Part shown: positions 9,909 to 22,034 of the stretch, piece after piece
Position numbering within the stretch: position 1 is the stretch's first letter
How the letters are laid out: every line of letters begins with the position of its first letter
From: an uncultured Gammaproteobacteria bacterium
GTDB lineage: Bacteria; Patescibacteriota; Microgenomatia; Levybacterales; GWA1-39-11
Direction of reading: 5' to 3'
DNA: 64,000 bases
Assembly (NCBI GenBank): GCA_964641355.1
Contig: CAZXND010000001.1
Location: forward strand, 151,858 to 215,857
Notes under the pieces: generated by a model
What the model was told of the DNA's origin: nothing
Seen by the model: only the letters and a program-made list of their open reading frames with translations
Databases searched by the model: none
Translations under genes and position numbers: made by a program

Positions 9909-10725
9909 TTTTTGAAAAAACGCGATTAAAATTTTTTTCTATTTCTTTCTCGAACTCTAAAAACGAGAGTTTTTTTAACTTAGCGAGATATTCACCAATG
10001 ATTATAACATTTTTAGGCTCATTGCGAGTACCACGCAAAGGTATAGGTGTTAAGAAAGGACTATCCGTTTCACACATAATTCTATCTATTGGGGTAAGGG
10101 TAGCAAGATCTCTAAGCATGACTGTTTCTTTGGGAGCGATTCCTGGATAAGTAATGTTACCATCGAATCCAATATAAAACCCTAAATCCAATGCCTTTTT
10201 CAAGACATCCTTTGTACCCGCAAAGCAATGGAACATTCCAGGAGGATTTGAGAATCTACTTTTATACTTATAAAGTATCCTTATTACATCCTCTCCTGCA
10301 AGTCTATTATGTATTTGTACTGGTAAACCAAGCTCGATGGATAATTCAATTTGTTTTTCAAATGCGTCAAGTTGCAACCTTTTAACCTCAGTATTATTGG
10401 AATTAAAATGAAAGTAATCAAGACCAATCTCTCCAATTCCTATAACCTTTCTATTACTTGCCAAAACTTTTAAAGTCGAAAGCCAATCATTTTGTATTTC
10501 CCCTTCGAACTCTCTATCGGATTTGTCAGCATGATGCGGATGAACCCCTACAATAGCAAACATATCAGAATATTTATTCGCCAACTCGACCGCAATTTTT
10601 GAAGAAGATATGCTCGTACCTACATTTACGATCTTCGATACTCCGGCTTTTTTCGCATTATTGTAAACATCTTCCATATCCTTTTCGAAAGAATGAAGAT
10701 TTAAATGACAATGGGCATCAATCAT
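9901..10725 (-). CDS. tatD: TatD-family metal-dependent hydrolase/DNase
   Basis: MIDAHCHLN... start with the TatD histidine/acidic motif pattern; 274 aa. Confidence 0.8.
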   Translation of the reverse strand: MIDAHCHLNLHSFEKDMEDVYNNAKKAGVSKIVNVGTSISSSKIAVELANKYSDMFAIVGVHPHHADKSDREFEGEIQNDWLSTLKVLASNRKVIGIGEIGLDYFHFNSNNTEVKRLQLDAFEKQIELSIELGLPVQIHNRLAGEDVIRILYKYKSRFSNPPGMFHCFAGTKDVLKKALDLGFYIGFDGNITYPGIAPKETVMLRDLATLTPIDRIMCETDSPFLTPIPLRGTRNEPKNVIIIGEYLAKLKKLSFLEFEKEIEKNFNRVFSKNV

Positions 10726-10766
10726 TGATTTATTTTAATGAAACTTATTAACGTTTAAAAGAAGAA

Positions 10767-12753
<1,987 letters not shown>

Positions 12754-12829
12754 AAATATACAACAGCCTCCTTTTATTGTCAAGATCCTTATTTAACATA
12801 CTCACACTAAAATGATTGGATGATTACAT

Positions 12830-14011
12830 TTGACTTCTCTTCTCAAATTGTCTACGCTATACAAAGCGACACAAATGAAAATTTTTAAGAATAAATATTT
12901 TATTCTAGGGAATTTATTTTTAATTTTGCTTGCAATTCCTCTTACGCTTTTCTTCATAAATCAACAACAGGAAACAAGGAGCCGAGCGGAAGCAACAAGT
13001 GTACTTTCTATTCTTCCAGCAGCAAAAACAGTAAATGTGGGAGAGGAATTTTCGCTAGATGTTCAACTGGACCCAGGACAAAATCAGGTAACCAACGTAA
13101 AAATGAGAATAACCTATGATCCAAGCAAACTTGAATTCCAAGAAATTACCCCACTTGCTCCTCTAAGCAACACTAAATCTCCAGAGGCCACCTCAAGCTC
13201 AGGAACAGCAACCGTTGATGTTTTATTTAACCCGGGGAGCAATGTAACCGCTGCTATTAGAGGACAAAGCACTAAAATCGCGACTGTAAAATTCAAGGCA
13301 CTTGAACCAACTGATCCGACAACTCCTGTTGACTTTGTTAGATCCCTAACAGAGCTTAGATCTGTCTCTAGTACTGATGCTGTTGGAGAAGATGTTCTTC
13401 AAACAGTCAATGGTGCAGTAATTACCATTCTTACTGGAGGACCAACGGTTACAGAAACACTCACCCCTACGCCAACTGGAACTTCTAATGATAAGGCTGT
13501 TTGTACAGATCTATCTTCAACAGACACCACGGGTACAGCTCCACTTTCCGTAACTCTTACTGCAAATGGCAATGATCCAGACCAAAATGGAACAATAACT
13601 AAAGCTACCTTCAATTTCGGAGACGGTCAAACAGATGAGATTACAGATAATCTTGATACACAATCAGTATTAACCCAAGTAGATCACACTTTTGAGAGTG
13701 CAGGTACATACAACGTGAGCGTCAACTTCACAGACGATCAAGGTGCAGTCGGTAACCCTTGTACTCTAACAATAACTGTTACAAATACAGACAGTGAGCC
13801 AACAGCTACTCCAACCACCACAAGTACTCAAACCGGAACAACCACCGACGACGGAACGTCAATAGCAAGCGCAACTACTGCAACACCTACTCAAATTCAA
13901 AATACCGCAAGTCCAACTCTTGCTCCAACAGGTGGAATCGTCCAAACGATTGGTGTTTTAGGAGGTATCTTCTTGTCAATAATAGCAGGAGTATTTCTTT
14001 TGACTTTATAA
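12830..14011 (+). CDS. Surface protein with cohesin-like and PKD domains, Thr/Pro-rich linkers and a C-terminal LAPTG + TM sorting-like signal
   Basis: N-terminal TM/signal. A cohesin-like block (VNVGEEFSLDVQLDPGQNQVTNVKMRITYDPSKLEF). A PKD-like block (GTAPLSVTLTANGNDPDQNGTITKATFNFGDGQ...GTYNVSVNFTDDQGAVG). TPTPTGT and TATPTTTSTQTGTTT linkers. The protein ends ...PTLAPTGG followed by a hydrophobic tail. Confidence 0.6.
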   Translation: MTSLLKLSTLYKATQMKIFKNKYFILGNLFLILLAIPLTLFFINQQQETRSRAEATSVLSILPAAKTVNVGEEFSLDVQLDPGQNQVTNVKMRITYDPSKLEFQEITPLAPLSNTKSPEATSSSGTATVDVLFNPGSNVTAAIRGQSTKIATVKFKALEPTDPTTPVDFVRSLTELRSVSSTDAVGEDVLQTVNGAVITILTGGPTVTETLTPTPTGTSNDKAVCTDLSSTDTTGTAPLSVTLTANGNDPDQNGTITKATFNFGDGQTDEITDNLDTQSVLTQVDHTFESAGTYNVSVNFTDDQGAVGNPCTLTITVTNTDSEPTATPTTTSTQTGTTTDDGTSIASATTATPTQIQNTASPTLAPTGGIVQTIGVLGGIFLSIIAGVFLLTL

Positions 14012-15769
14012 CTACACTTTAAGAACAGACAAAAAAGCTTCCTTGGGGATACTTAAATTACCTATGCTTTTCAATTTTTTCTTTCCTTCTTTTTGTTTCT
14101 CAAGAAGTTTTGCTTTTCTCGTATAATCCCCTCCTGACATTTTTGCGAGTACATTTTTTGATAGTGCAGAAATCTTTGCGCTTGCAATAACTCTTGAGCC
14201 TATTGACGCTCTTACATTAATTACAAATTGATGCTTGGGTATAGATTCAGAAAGAGCGTCAACAATTTTTCTAGAATACTGATAGGCTTCATCTTGATGA
14301 AGAATAAAAGATAGCTCAGGAACAACAGTCTCATTAAGGGCTATTTCAATTCTTACAAGGTCTGACTGACGAAATCCTTCAATTTCGTAGTCAAAAGATG
14401 CAAAACCTGAAGAAACAGATTTTATTTTGTCATAAAAATCAAATATTGCCGAGGAGAGTGGCATGGAAAACGTGATCTTTACTTGATTTCCAAAATATTC
14501 AACTTCTTTTTGCTCACCTCTTCTTGAATAAATTAAGTCCATGATTGAACCAAGAAATTCACTAGGTGTAAAAATTTCCCCACTAACATAAGGCTCCATT
14601 ATTTCTTTTTTTGATACATCAAAATCTTTTGGACTTGTGACACTTTTTCCATCAACCAAGTATTCAATACTTGGCGGAGCTGCAAAAATCTCAACCCCAA
14701 ATTCTTTTTCGATTCTTTCAATTAAAATTTGAGAATGCAAAAAACCTAGAAATCCACAACGAAACCCAGGTCCAAAAAGAGTTGAATGCTCTGAGGAAAA
14801 CGATAATGAAGCATCATTTAATTTAAGTTTAAGAAGAGCTGTTCTTAAATTTTGATAGTCTGCAGTTGAGGCAGGAAAAATACTAAGAAAAACAAAAGGT
14901 TTAACAGGTACATATCCAGGCAATGGGACTGCTTCTTTTGAGGTCGTAATTGTATCCCCTACCTTCGCCCTTGTGATATCCTTTATATTAGTTATGATAA
15001 ATCCGACTTCTCCATTAACAAGCTCGCTGGAAAAAGTAAATGACGGACTCATAAAACCTGTTTCAAGAACTATTGCTGGACTTTTATCAGAAAGAAAAGT
15101 TATCTCTTCTCCTTTTTTAATTTTTCCGTTTTTTAGCCTTACATATATAACTATACCCCTATGCTCATCGTAAACCGAATCAAAGATAAGGGCTTGCGGA
15201 GGTAAATCACTACTTCCTGCAGGTGAGGGAATTTTTCTTATTATTTCGTTAATTAATAAGTCGATACCAAGTCCCGTCTTTGCTGATATTTTAAGAATTT
15301 CATCACTCTTAAATCCAAATGCTTTTTCAATCTCGCTTTTGACCTCTTCAACACGAGCAGAATCTAAATCAATCTTATTAATTACGGGGATAATTTTTAA
15401 GTTCAATTTCTTAGCAAAGTTATAATGAGCAACTGTTTGAGCTTGAATTCCCTTTGTCGCATCAACAAGTAAAACTGCCCCTTCACAAGCGTAAAGAGTT
15501 CTTACAACTTCGTAAGAGAAATCTACGTGACCAGGAGTATCTATTAAATTAAGGATATATTTTTCACCATCCTTTTCATAGTTCATTCTAACCGGGGCTA
15601 ATTTTATAGTGATGCCTCTTTCTCGAGAAATAGGATTACTATCAAGAAATTGTTCCTGAAGATCTTCTCTTCTAACTGTATTAGTTACCTCAAGAAGTCT
15701 ATCGGCAAGTGTAGACTTTCCGTGATCGATATGAGCAATAATCGCAAAATTTCTAATTCGACTCTGCAT
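14012..15769 (-). CDS. lepA: Translation elongation factor 4 (LepA)
   Basis: MQSRIRNFAIIAHIDHGKSTLADRLLE G1 motif and LepA-specific C-terminal domain; 585 aa. Confidence 0.9.
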   Translation of the reverse strand: MQSRIRNFAIIAHIDHGKSTLADRLLEVTNTVRREDLQEQFLDSNPISRERGITIKLAPVRMNYEKDGEKYILNLIDTPGHVDFSYEVVRTLYACEGAVLLVDATKGIQAQTVAHYNFAKKLNLKIIPVINKIDLDSARVEEVKSEIEKAFGFKSDEILKISAKTGLGIDLLINEIIRKIPSPAGSSDLPPQALIFDSVYDEHRGIVIYVRLKNGKIKKGEEITFLSDKSPAIVLETGFMSPSFTFSSELVNGEVGFIITNIKDITRAKVGDTITTSKEAVPLPGYVPVKPFVFLSIFPASTADYQNLRTALLKLKLNDASLSFSSEHSTLFGPGFRCGFLGFLHSQILIERIEKEFGVEIFAAPPSIEYLVDGKSVTSPKDFDVSKKEIMEPYVSGEIFTPSEFLGSIMDLIYSRRGEQKEVEYFGNQVKITFSMPLSSAIFDFYDKIKSVSSGFASFDYEIEGFRQSDLVRIEIALNETVVPELSFILHQDEAYQYSRKIVDALSESIPKHQFVINVRASIGSRVIASAKISALSKNVLAKMSGGDYTRKAKLLEKQKEGKKKLKSIGNLSIPKEAFLSVLKV

Positions 15770-15816
15770 AAAGTTGGGCTTTTATTATACTTTCTAAATA
15801 ATTACTCAACAAGAGG

Positions 15817-17463
15817 CTAAGTATTGAGGTTGGGACCATTAATAATTTCCCCTATTTGCTTTAAAATTTTCTTCCTACTACTAAATTGTTTCAGAACATC
15901 AACAATATAAAAAGCTTCCTTTATATCAAGAAGCCAAGTGAAAAAAACATAGGAAGCTATTCCAAAAAATGATGCAATACCAGTTAAAAGAAGCAAATTG
16001 ATCGTTCTAGTAGAATCAAAAACTAACTGGTCTAGGAGCTTCACGGGAATATACAATGCAACACCCATGATCAGTGCTGCAAGACCAATCTTTGTTGTGC
16101 TAATTATCATCTCGATCTTTGGAAGGTTTATTTTTTTATTTATATAGATGATAAGAAGAGTAATACTCACAATATTAGATAAGGAATAACCGAAAGCAAG
16201 ATATGAAATAGGAAGTTTATTAACCATTATCGCAATATAAGAAAAAGCAATATAAAAAATGACTGAAAGTAGAGTGATAAAAAATGGAGTTTTTGTGTCT
16301 TTAAATGCAAAAAAGCCTCTTGAAAAGAGATAGATTAACGCTTGAGCAAAAAGAGAAAGTGAGAAAAGAGCAAGAACAAATCCTGTCTCCGTTGTTGCAG
16401 ACCAATCAAATCTTGACGCACCATAAACAAGTCTTACAACAGGAATTCTTAATACAATAAGAATAGCGCTGATAGGCAAAGTTAAGTAAAGAATTTGATT
16501 GAACGAAGCCATAAATATCGAAGTAAACTCATCTTTACTTTCATGCTTCATAGATAGAGCGGGAAAACTAGCTTGTGCAATAGATTGACCAAAAAGAAGA
16601 ACTGGTGCCATCACTAGAGTTTGAGCGAGCTCAAATATTCCATAACTTCTTGAGGAAGTAAAGGAGGCAAAAAACAAACTCGCCATAACTGCGATTTGAG
16701 CTACTATTATCGTTAGAGATCGTGGAAGCATAAGTTTGAATATCTTCATCACTCCATTCTTCAAGTCAAAACTTATGTAATATTTGAATCCAGTATGGGA
16801 AAGTCCAGGAATCTGAACAACAAGAAAGAGAAATGAGCCAAGAAGAGCTCCATATGCTGCACCATATATTCCCATAAAAGGTGTTAATATAAGTATTCCC
16901 ATTATTATTCCCAAATTATAGAAAGACGTTGCAATTCCAGCTATTAAGAAGTGCTGAAAAGATTGGAGAATAGCCGTAATTATGGTTCCAAGAATAAAGA
17001 ATACCTGGGACACTTGAATGATTTTCATTAAATTCGACATTTGTTCTCTTTCCTGTGTAGAAAACCCAGGAGCGCTTAAATATGAAAACTGGTAAGAAAA
17101 AAGCATAATGAAAGCAGAAACTATTATAAAAACAGCAAAACCAATAGTAATTAATGAAGAAGTAAAAGCATATGCCTCATTTTTTTTATTTTTTGAGATA
17201 TAGTCAGAAAAAATAGGAATAAAAGATGTCGAAAGTGCACCTGCTATTATCACTTGAAAAATTAAGTCAGGAATTCTAAACGAAGCAAAAAAGACTCCCA
17301 ACTCATTAGATGCTCCGAATACTGAGACTAATAATCTGTATTTAAGAAGCCCAAGGATTTGAGAAAATATTGTAGTGATAATGATAAAAAAAGCGGCTGA
17401 GATTATATTGGTCTGTTTAGACACAAAAGCACTCAACCCTTTCTTCACCAAACTTTGAACCAT
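15817..17463 (-). CDS. murJ: Lipid II flippase MurJ/MviN
   Basis: 14-TM MOP-superfamily protein with a MurJ-like N-terminus. The start was trimmed to ATG 17463 (MVQSLV...) to avoid overlapping rpsT; the ORF track extends it to 17526. Confidence 0.75.
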   Translation of the reverse strand: MVQSLVKKGLSAFVSKQTNIISAAFFIIITTIFSQILGLLKYRLLVSVFGASNELGVFFASFRIPDLIFQVIIAGALSTSFIPIFSDYISKNKKNEAYAFTSSLITIGFAVFIIVSAFIMLFSYQFSYLSAPGFSTQEREQMSNLMKIIQVSQVFFILGTIITAILQSFQHFLIAGIATSFYNLGIIMGILILTPFMGIYGAAYGALLGSFLFLVVQIPGLSHTGFKYYISFDLKNGVMKIFKLMLPRSLTIIVAQIAVMASLFFASFTSSRSYGIFELAQTLVMAPVLLFGQSIAQASFPALSMKHESKDEFTSIFMASFNQILYLTLPISAILIVLRIPVVRLVYGASRFDWSATTETGFVLALFSLSLFAQALIYLFSRGFFAFKDTKTPFFITLLSVIFYIAFSYIAIMVNKLPISYLAFGYSLSNIVSITLLIIYINKKINLPKIEMIISTTKIGLAALIMGVALYIPVKLLDQLVFDSTRTINLLLLTGIASFFGIASYVFFTWLLDIKEAFYIVDVLKQFSSRKKILKQIGEIINGPNLNT

Positions 17464-17504
17464 GGATTGTTGTGTTTTTAAGTATAGCATGTTAAAATGG
17501 CCAG

Positions 17505-17810
17505 ATGCCAGTAACAAAATCTGCAATTAAAACTCTTAGAAAAGAGCGAAGAAAAGAAAAGATAAATGATTCTTTCCGTGAGGCTCTTGCAAAAAGTTTG
17601 AAACAAGCAAAGAAATTAAAGTCAACAGAAATCGTAAAAAAAGCTATTTCACTTACAGATAAAGCTGTTAAAAAGAAGTTAATTCATAAGAATAAAGCCG
17701 CAAGAATAAAGAGTGGGTTATCCAAACTTGTAACAATTACCAATGACAAACCCAAAATTTCTAAAACTTCGCCCAAAACCCGTCAGAAATCAAAAAAAAC
17801 CTCAAAATAG
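17505..17810 (+). CDS. rpsT: 30S ribosomal protein S20 with Lys-rich C-terminal extension
   Basis: MPVTKSAIKTLRKERRK...LIHKNKAARIKS matches the S20 signature (KGLIHKNKAAR). Confidence 0.75.
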   Translation: MPVTKSAIKTLRKERRKEKINDSFREALAKSLKQAKKLKSTEIVKKAISLTDKAVKKKLIHKNKAARIKSGLSKLVTITNDKPKISKTSPKTRQKSKKTSK

Positions 17811-17822
17811 CCTTACTTCTTT

Positions 17823-18407
17823 TTGACAAAAACCTCAAAAGACTTTAAACTGAATCTAATGCCTGATTTGAAAATCAAAATTGATTTGAGTGGAAAAACC
17901 AAAGAAAAATTTTCAGATATTTTTTTCAAATGGTCAATCAACGTAGGAAAGATAATAATAATAGGAACAGAGCTTTTAGCCTTGGGAGCATTTTCCTATC
18001 GCTTCTATATTGATAGAAAAATTGTAGATCTCCACGATGAAATCAAAAAAGAGGAAATACTTGTTAAGTCTCAAGAAAAAAACGAACTATTATATAGAGA
18101 GCTTCAACAAAAATTAGAAAGTGTAAAAAATATTACAGAAGAAACAAAAAGCAAAATTACCATCCTTCAAAATATCCTTGATAGTAAAAAGAACTCTTAC
18201 TTTACAACTAAAAGTCTGTCAATAAATGGAAATACTATCGTGATTGAAGGAACCGCTTTTTCGATTTTTTCCATAAATAGCTTTATTGAGGAAATTAAAA
18301 AGGATCCAATGGTTATTGCAATAGATCTCAGCGAGATTGAAAGTCTCGCCGAGGGAGTAGATTTTAAACTTAATGTAGAACTTAAAAGTGAAGGAGAAAA
18401 TATTTAA
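17823..18407 (+). CDS. PilN-like type IV pilus assembly protein (TTG start as given by ORF track)
   Basis: Bitopic protein. The N-terminal cytoplasmic motif FKLNLMPDL resembles the PilM-binding INLLP motif of PilN. It is followed by one TM, a coiled coil and a C-terminal alpha/beta domain; 194 aa. Confidence 0.4.
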   Translation: MTKTSKDFKLNLMPDLKIKIDLSGKTKEKFSDIFFKWSINVGKIIIIGTELLALGAFSYRFYIDRKIVDLHDEIKKEEILVKSQEKNELLYRELQQKLESVKNITEETKSKITILQNILDSKKNSYFTTKSLSINGNTIVIEGTAFSIFSINSFIEEIKKDPMVIAIDLSEIESLAEGVDFKLNVELKSEGENI

Positions 18408-18408
18408 A

Positions 18409-19023
18409 ATGCAAGAAAAAAAACAATTAATACAAAAATATAGAAACTATTTTGTTAGAAGATTCAGGAGTCAAGATAAAAGAAAAATAACAGGATCCTT
18501 ATATATTATTTTTTCTTTATTTACTATTTCTATTTTTGGAATGTTTGCTATAAATCCTTCTTTGTCAACCGTTTCGAATCTACAAAAACAATATGATGAT
18601 AATAAAATAATTTTGAATGCACTAAAAACAAAAAGACTTGCTCTTGCTAATCTTAATCAAGAATATGTTGCACTTAATCCGGACCTCTTCTACGTTGATG
18701 CGGCCATACCAACTAGCTCTAAGATAGCGCTTTTAACCAGACAGATTGAGACATTAGTTAGTTTGTACAATTTAACTTTGAAAAATTTAGACTTTGGAAC
18801 AGTAGAACTCTATCCTTTGGGAAATTCTAACTCCCCCATTTATTCTTTCACTTTTAATTTGCAAGTTGAAGGAGAAAATAGTGCTGTTTCAAGCTTTGTA
18901 TCAGAATTCATAAATTTCTCAAGACTTATTAGCGTAGACCGAATGAGCTTTTCTAAAAATAATGAGGGTTTTTCTACAGCAAATATTGTAGGGAAGGCTT
19001 ACTTTTACAATAGCAAGAATTAA
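18409..19023 (+). CDS. PilO-like type IV pilus assembly protein
   Basis: ATG at 18409 lies 12 nt after an AAGGAG RBS; the track's GTG at 18388 would overlap pilN. Short cytoplasmic N-terminus, one TM, coiled coil and C-terminal domain; the size and topology are PilO-like. Confidence 0.35.
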   Translation: MQEKKQLIQKYRNYFVRRFRSQDKRKITGSLYIIFSLFTISIFGMFAINPSLSTVSNLQKQYDDNKIILNALKTKRLALANLNQEYVALNPDLFYVDAAIPTSSKIALLTRQIETLVSLYNLTLKNLDFGTVELYPLGNSNSPIYSFTFNLQVEGENSAVSSFVSEFINFSRLISVDRMSFSKNNEGFSTANIVGKAYFYNSKN

Positions 19024-19362
19024 ATGAAAAATTTTGTTTACTTATCATTCTTCACTGCTTTTGTCGCACTTTCATGGATAATTTTTTCAGTTATCCACAA
19101 CTCTACCACCTCGACTATTACACAAGATACGGGAATTATCATCAAACCCATAAATTCAAAATTTGATATAAAAACTTTAGACGGAATCAAAAAGAGAAAA
19201 AATCTTTCTGTCAATCTATCAGAAGAAATTGCAACGCCCTCAAGTATAATTTTGACCCCTACACCCAATCCAAGTGGAACAGAGTCCGCCGAAGTTATTC
19301 AGTCTCAGGAAGCCTCAAAGATCAATCAATCAGCGCAAAGTTCTATAGAAACAAATCCATGA
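19024..19362 (+). CDS. Small bitopic Ser/Thr-rich membrane protein (PilP-position)
   Basis: 112 aa with an N-terminal TM and a low-complexity extracellular region, translationally coupled to its neighbours. Confidence 0.3.
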   Translation: MKNFVYLSFFTAFVALSWIIFSVIHNSTTSTITQDTGIIIKPINSKFDIKTLDGIKKRKNLSVNLSEEIATPSSIILTPTPNPSGTESAEVIQSQEASKINQSAQSSIETNP

Positions 19363-20735
19363 GTAATGTTTTTAGCAAAAGAATTCCAAATATAGGGGCA
19401 CTACTTTTATTGCTCTTTACCATAGGGATCACAACTTTTTTTATACAGAAAAATACAAACCTTATCGGAAAAGCTTCTCCTAATATAAACCCTCAAGATA
19501 TAAAAATTACAAATATCACTGATACCTCCTTTACAGTCTCATTCACGACTAATGAAAAAAGCTCTGCTGCAATTAACATTGAAGGGTCTGGAATTCAAAA
19601 CCCCTTAATATTTGATGTAAGAGATAGAACTAACGGAAATCAAGGAGAGTATTATTCTCACTATATCACGGTCTCAGGTCTTAACCCTCAAACTGAATAT
19701 AAATTCTCTATAATAATTGGTGACAAAACGATCATTAACGGGGAACAACCGTTTATAACTTCTACTGGAAAAGAGATTAAAACTCCCACCCCATCTCAAT
19801 ATATTACGGGGCTCATTGTACATCCAGATGGAGAAGTTGCAAAAGACACCATTGTCTATTTAAACACAGATGGAGCTGAACCCATATCTACACTGACAGA
19901 CTCACAAGGCGCTTATAGTATTCCACTTAATAACATCAGAACTTCTTCGCTTGAAAGCATTATTTCTTTAAAAAAGAATCAAATTATAAATCTTGAGGCT
20001 AGATATCAAAATCTTTTCTCAAAAACCTCGCTAAATTATGCAAAAGGTCTATCTTACATTCCGACAATTATTTTAAGTGATAACTATACATTCGAAAGTC
20101 AAACTAATGACGTCTCTTCTGTTTCATCACAACTTTCTTTATCAACTCAAACAGATAGAGATGTATCAAAAATAGAAATACTTTCACCTAAAGAAGGGCA
20201 GTCATTGGTCGATACCAAACCCACGATACAAGGTATTTCTTCACCTAATACCATTGTTAAAATAACTATTAACTCTGGAATCGCTATTATAGGAGAAGTT
20301 AAAAGCGATAGTAACGGATTTTGGAGCTTTAGACCCTCCACATCGCTATCTCCTGGTAAACATACTGTTACAGTAGAAACTGTAAACAATTTTGGTATTA
20401 CAAAAGCAATTAAACAAACCTTCACTGTCTTTGCTGAAGGGAGTCAAGTGCAACAATCCGCTACTCCATCAGCAACACCAAAAATTACCATCACTCCCAC
20501 TTCTACTACAACTCCAATCCCATCTATCACTCAAAAAGTTAGCCCATCGCCAACGGTTTACACAACTACCTCACCCACCCCAAGCGAAATTTTTCAAGCA
20601 AAAGGAGGAAATATTAATATTTCTCCAACTCAAACAATTGAAAGCCCTGGATCTTCAGATCAAACCCTACTTTTGACATTTTTATCATTTGGCCTTATAT
20701 TAACTGGGTCTGCCCTTCTTTTCATTTTAATATAA
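19359..20735 (+). CDS. Cell-surface protein with Fn3-like, CarboxypepD_reg-like and Ig-like (Big) domains, C-terminal TM anchor
   Basis: N-terminal TM. Fn3-like block TNITDTSFTVSFTT...YKFSI. Block ITGLIVHPDGEVAKDTIVYL...DSQGAYSIP. Ig-like block PTIQGISSPNTIVKITIN...NGFWSF. A Thr/Pro-rich stalk, then a C-terminal hydrophobic helix. Confidence 0.45.
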   Translation: MSNVFSKRIPNIGALLLLLFTIGITTFFIQKNTNLIGKASPNINPQDIKITNITDTSFTVSFTTNEKSSAAINIEGSGIQNPLIFDVRDRTNGNQGEYYSHYITVSGLNPQTEYKFSIIIGDKTIINGEQPFITSTGKEIKTPTPSQYITGLIVHPDGEVAKDTIVYLNTDGAEPISTLTDSQGAYSIPLNNIRTSSLESIISLKKNQIINLEARYQNLFSKTSLNYAKGLSYIPTIILSDNYTFESQTNDVSSVSSQLSLSTQTDRDVSKIEILSPKEGQSLVDTKPTIQGISSPNTIVKITINSGIAIIGEVKSDSNGFWSFRPSTSLSPGKHTVTVETVNNFGITKAIKQTFTVFAEGSQVQQSATPSATPKITITPTSTTTPIPSITQKVSPSPTVYTTTSPTPSEIFQAKGGNINISPTQTIESPGSSDQTLLLTFLSFGLILTGSALLFILI

Positions 20736-20750
20736 AATATCCGAATACAG

Positions 20751-22034
20751 ATGAAAGTTGGAATTATAGGTGCTGGTTTTACCGGTCTATCAGCCGCATA
20801 TTTTCTTCAAAAAAATAATCATGATGTAACCATAATCGAGCAAGATTTTTTGCCCGGTGGGCTCGCAGTTGGTTATAAAGAAAAAAAATGGAATTGGACC
20901 CTTGAAAAGCACTACCATCATTTTTTTACAAACGACAAAGATATTATTAATCTTACAAGAGAGATTGGGGAAAAAATCCTAGTTAAAAGACCAAAAACTT
21001 CAGTTCTGATCAACGAAGAAATAGTACAGTTAGATTCCCCCCTTAAACTTCTATTATTTAAAAAATTAAATATAGTAGATAGAATTAGAATGGCAGGAGC
21101 TCTTGCCATTCTAAGATATAACCCTTTCTGGAAGCCACTAGAAAAGTACAAAGCCGTCGATATTCTTCCTAAAATCATGGGCAAAAAAGCATATAAACTT
21201 ATATGGGAACCTCAACTTATTGGCAAGTTTGGAAAATTTTCACGAAATATTTCACTAGCTTGGTTTTGGGCAAGAATTAAAAAAAGAACTACGCAATTAG
21301 CGTATCCCGAAAAAGGTTTTCTAAACCTAGCAAAAAAACTATCAAACATTATCTCATCGAATGGGGGGAGAATAATGTTTGGAACTAGTGTTGTCCAAAT
21401 ACAAACTGGCAAAAAACTTGCGTTAGTCACAGAGAAAAATGGAAAAAAAGAAAAAATGATGTTTGATGCAATAATAGTAACTCTTCCGTCATCGTTATTT
21501 TACAAAATTGCAAAAGAATATCCATACAGCTTCAAGAAAAATCTTGCAAAGAGAGAAAGTCTTGGAGCCATCAACTTAATCTTAAGACTTAAAACCAAAT
21601 TTATTAGAAACTCTACATATTGGTTAAGTATTTGTGAGAAAAACTATCCGTTTACCGCAATTGTCGAACATACAAATTTTATGGGCTCAACAAACTACAA
21701 TAAAGAACATATCGTTTATGTTGGTAAATATCTTCCAAGAAACCATGAATATTTTTCAAAAAATGCAAAAGAGCTACTTGAGATTTATGATCCTTATCTC
21801 AAAAAGATTAACCCGGAATATAGAAAAGACTTGATTAATATAGATATTTTTAAAGCCCCTTTCGCTCAACCAATTGTCACTCCCAATTACTCAAAAAAAA
21901 TTCCTTCTTTTTTTACTCCAATAAAAAATGTTTATCTTGCCAATATCGAACAAGTTTACCCATGGGATAGAGGAACAAATTACGCAGTCTCGCTAGGAAA
22001 AAAAATAGCAAAAATTACAAATGAAAATTTTTAA
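20751..22034 (+). CDS. FAD/NAD(P)-binding oxidoreductase (amine-oxidase / UDP-galactopyranose-mutase-like fold)
   Basis: N-terminal Rossmann GxGxxG (MKVGIIGAGFTGLSAAYFL...IIEQDFLPGGLAV) and a ...HYHHFFTND block reminiscent of Glf/PPOX-family enzymes. Confidence 0.55.
   Translation: MKVGIIGAGFTGLSAAYFLQKNNHDVTIIEQDFLPGGLAVGYKEKKWNWTLEKHYHHFFTNDKDIINLTREIGEKILVKRPKTSVLINEEIVQLDSPLKLLLFKKLNIVDRIRMAGALAILRYNPFWKPLEKYKAVDILPKIMGKKAYKLIWEPQLIGKFGKFSRNISLAWFWARIKKRTTQLAYPEKGFLNLAKKLSNIISSNGGRIMFGTSVVQIQTGKKLALVTEKNGKKEKMMFDAIIVTLPSSLFYKIAKEYPYSFKKNLAKRESLGAINLILRLKTKFIRNSTYWLSICEKNYPFTAIVEHTNFMGSTNYNKEHIVYVGKYLPRNHEYFSKNAKELLEIYDPYLKKINPEYRKDLINIDIFKAPFAQPIVTPNYSKKIPSFFTPIKNVYLANIEQVYPWDRGTNYAVSLGKKIAKITNENF

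Noticed and set aside
12784-12830. CIRCE element upstream of groES
   Set aside because: No TTAGCACTC-N9-GAGTGCTAA-like palindrome, even allowing 3 mismatches per arm, was found between groES and the divergent surface-protein gene. Only TGCTAA half-site fragments are present.
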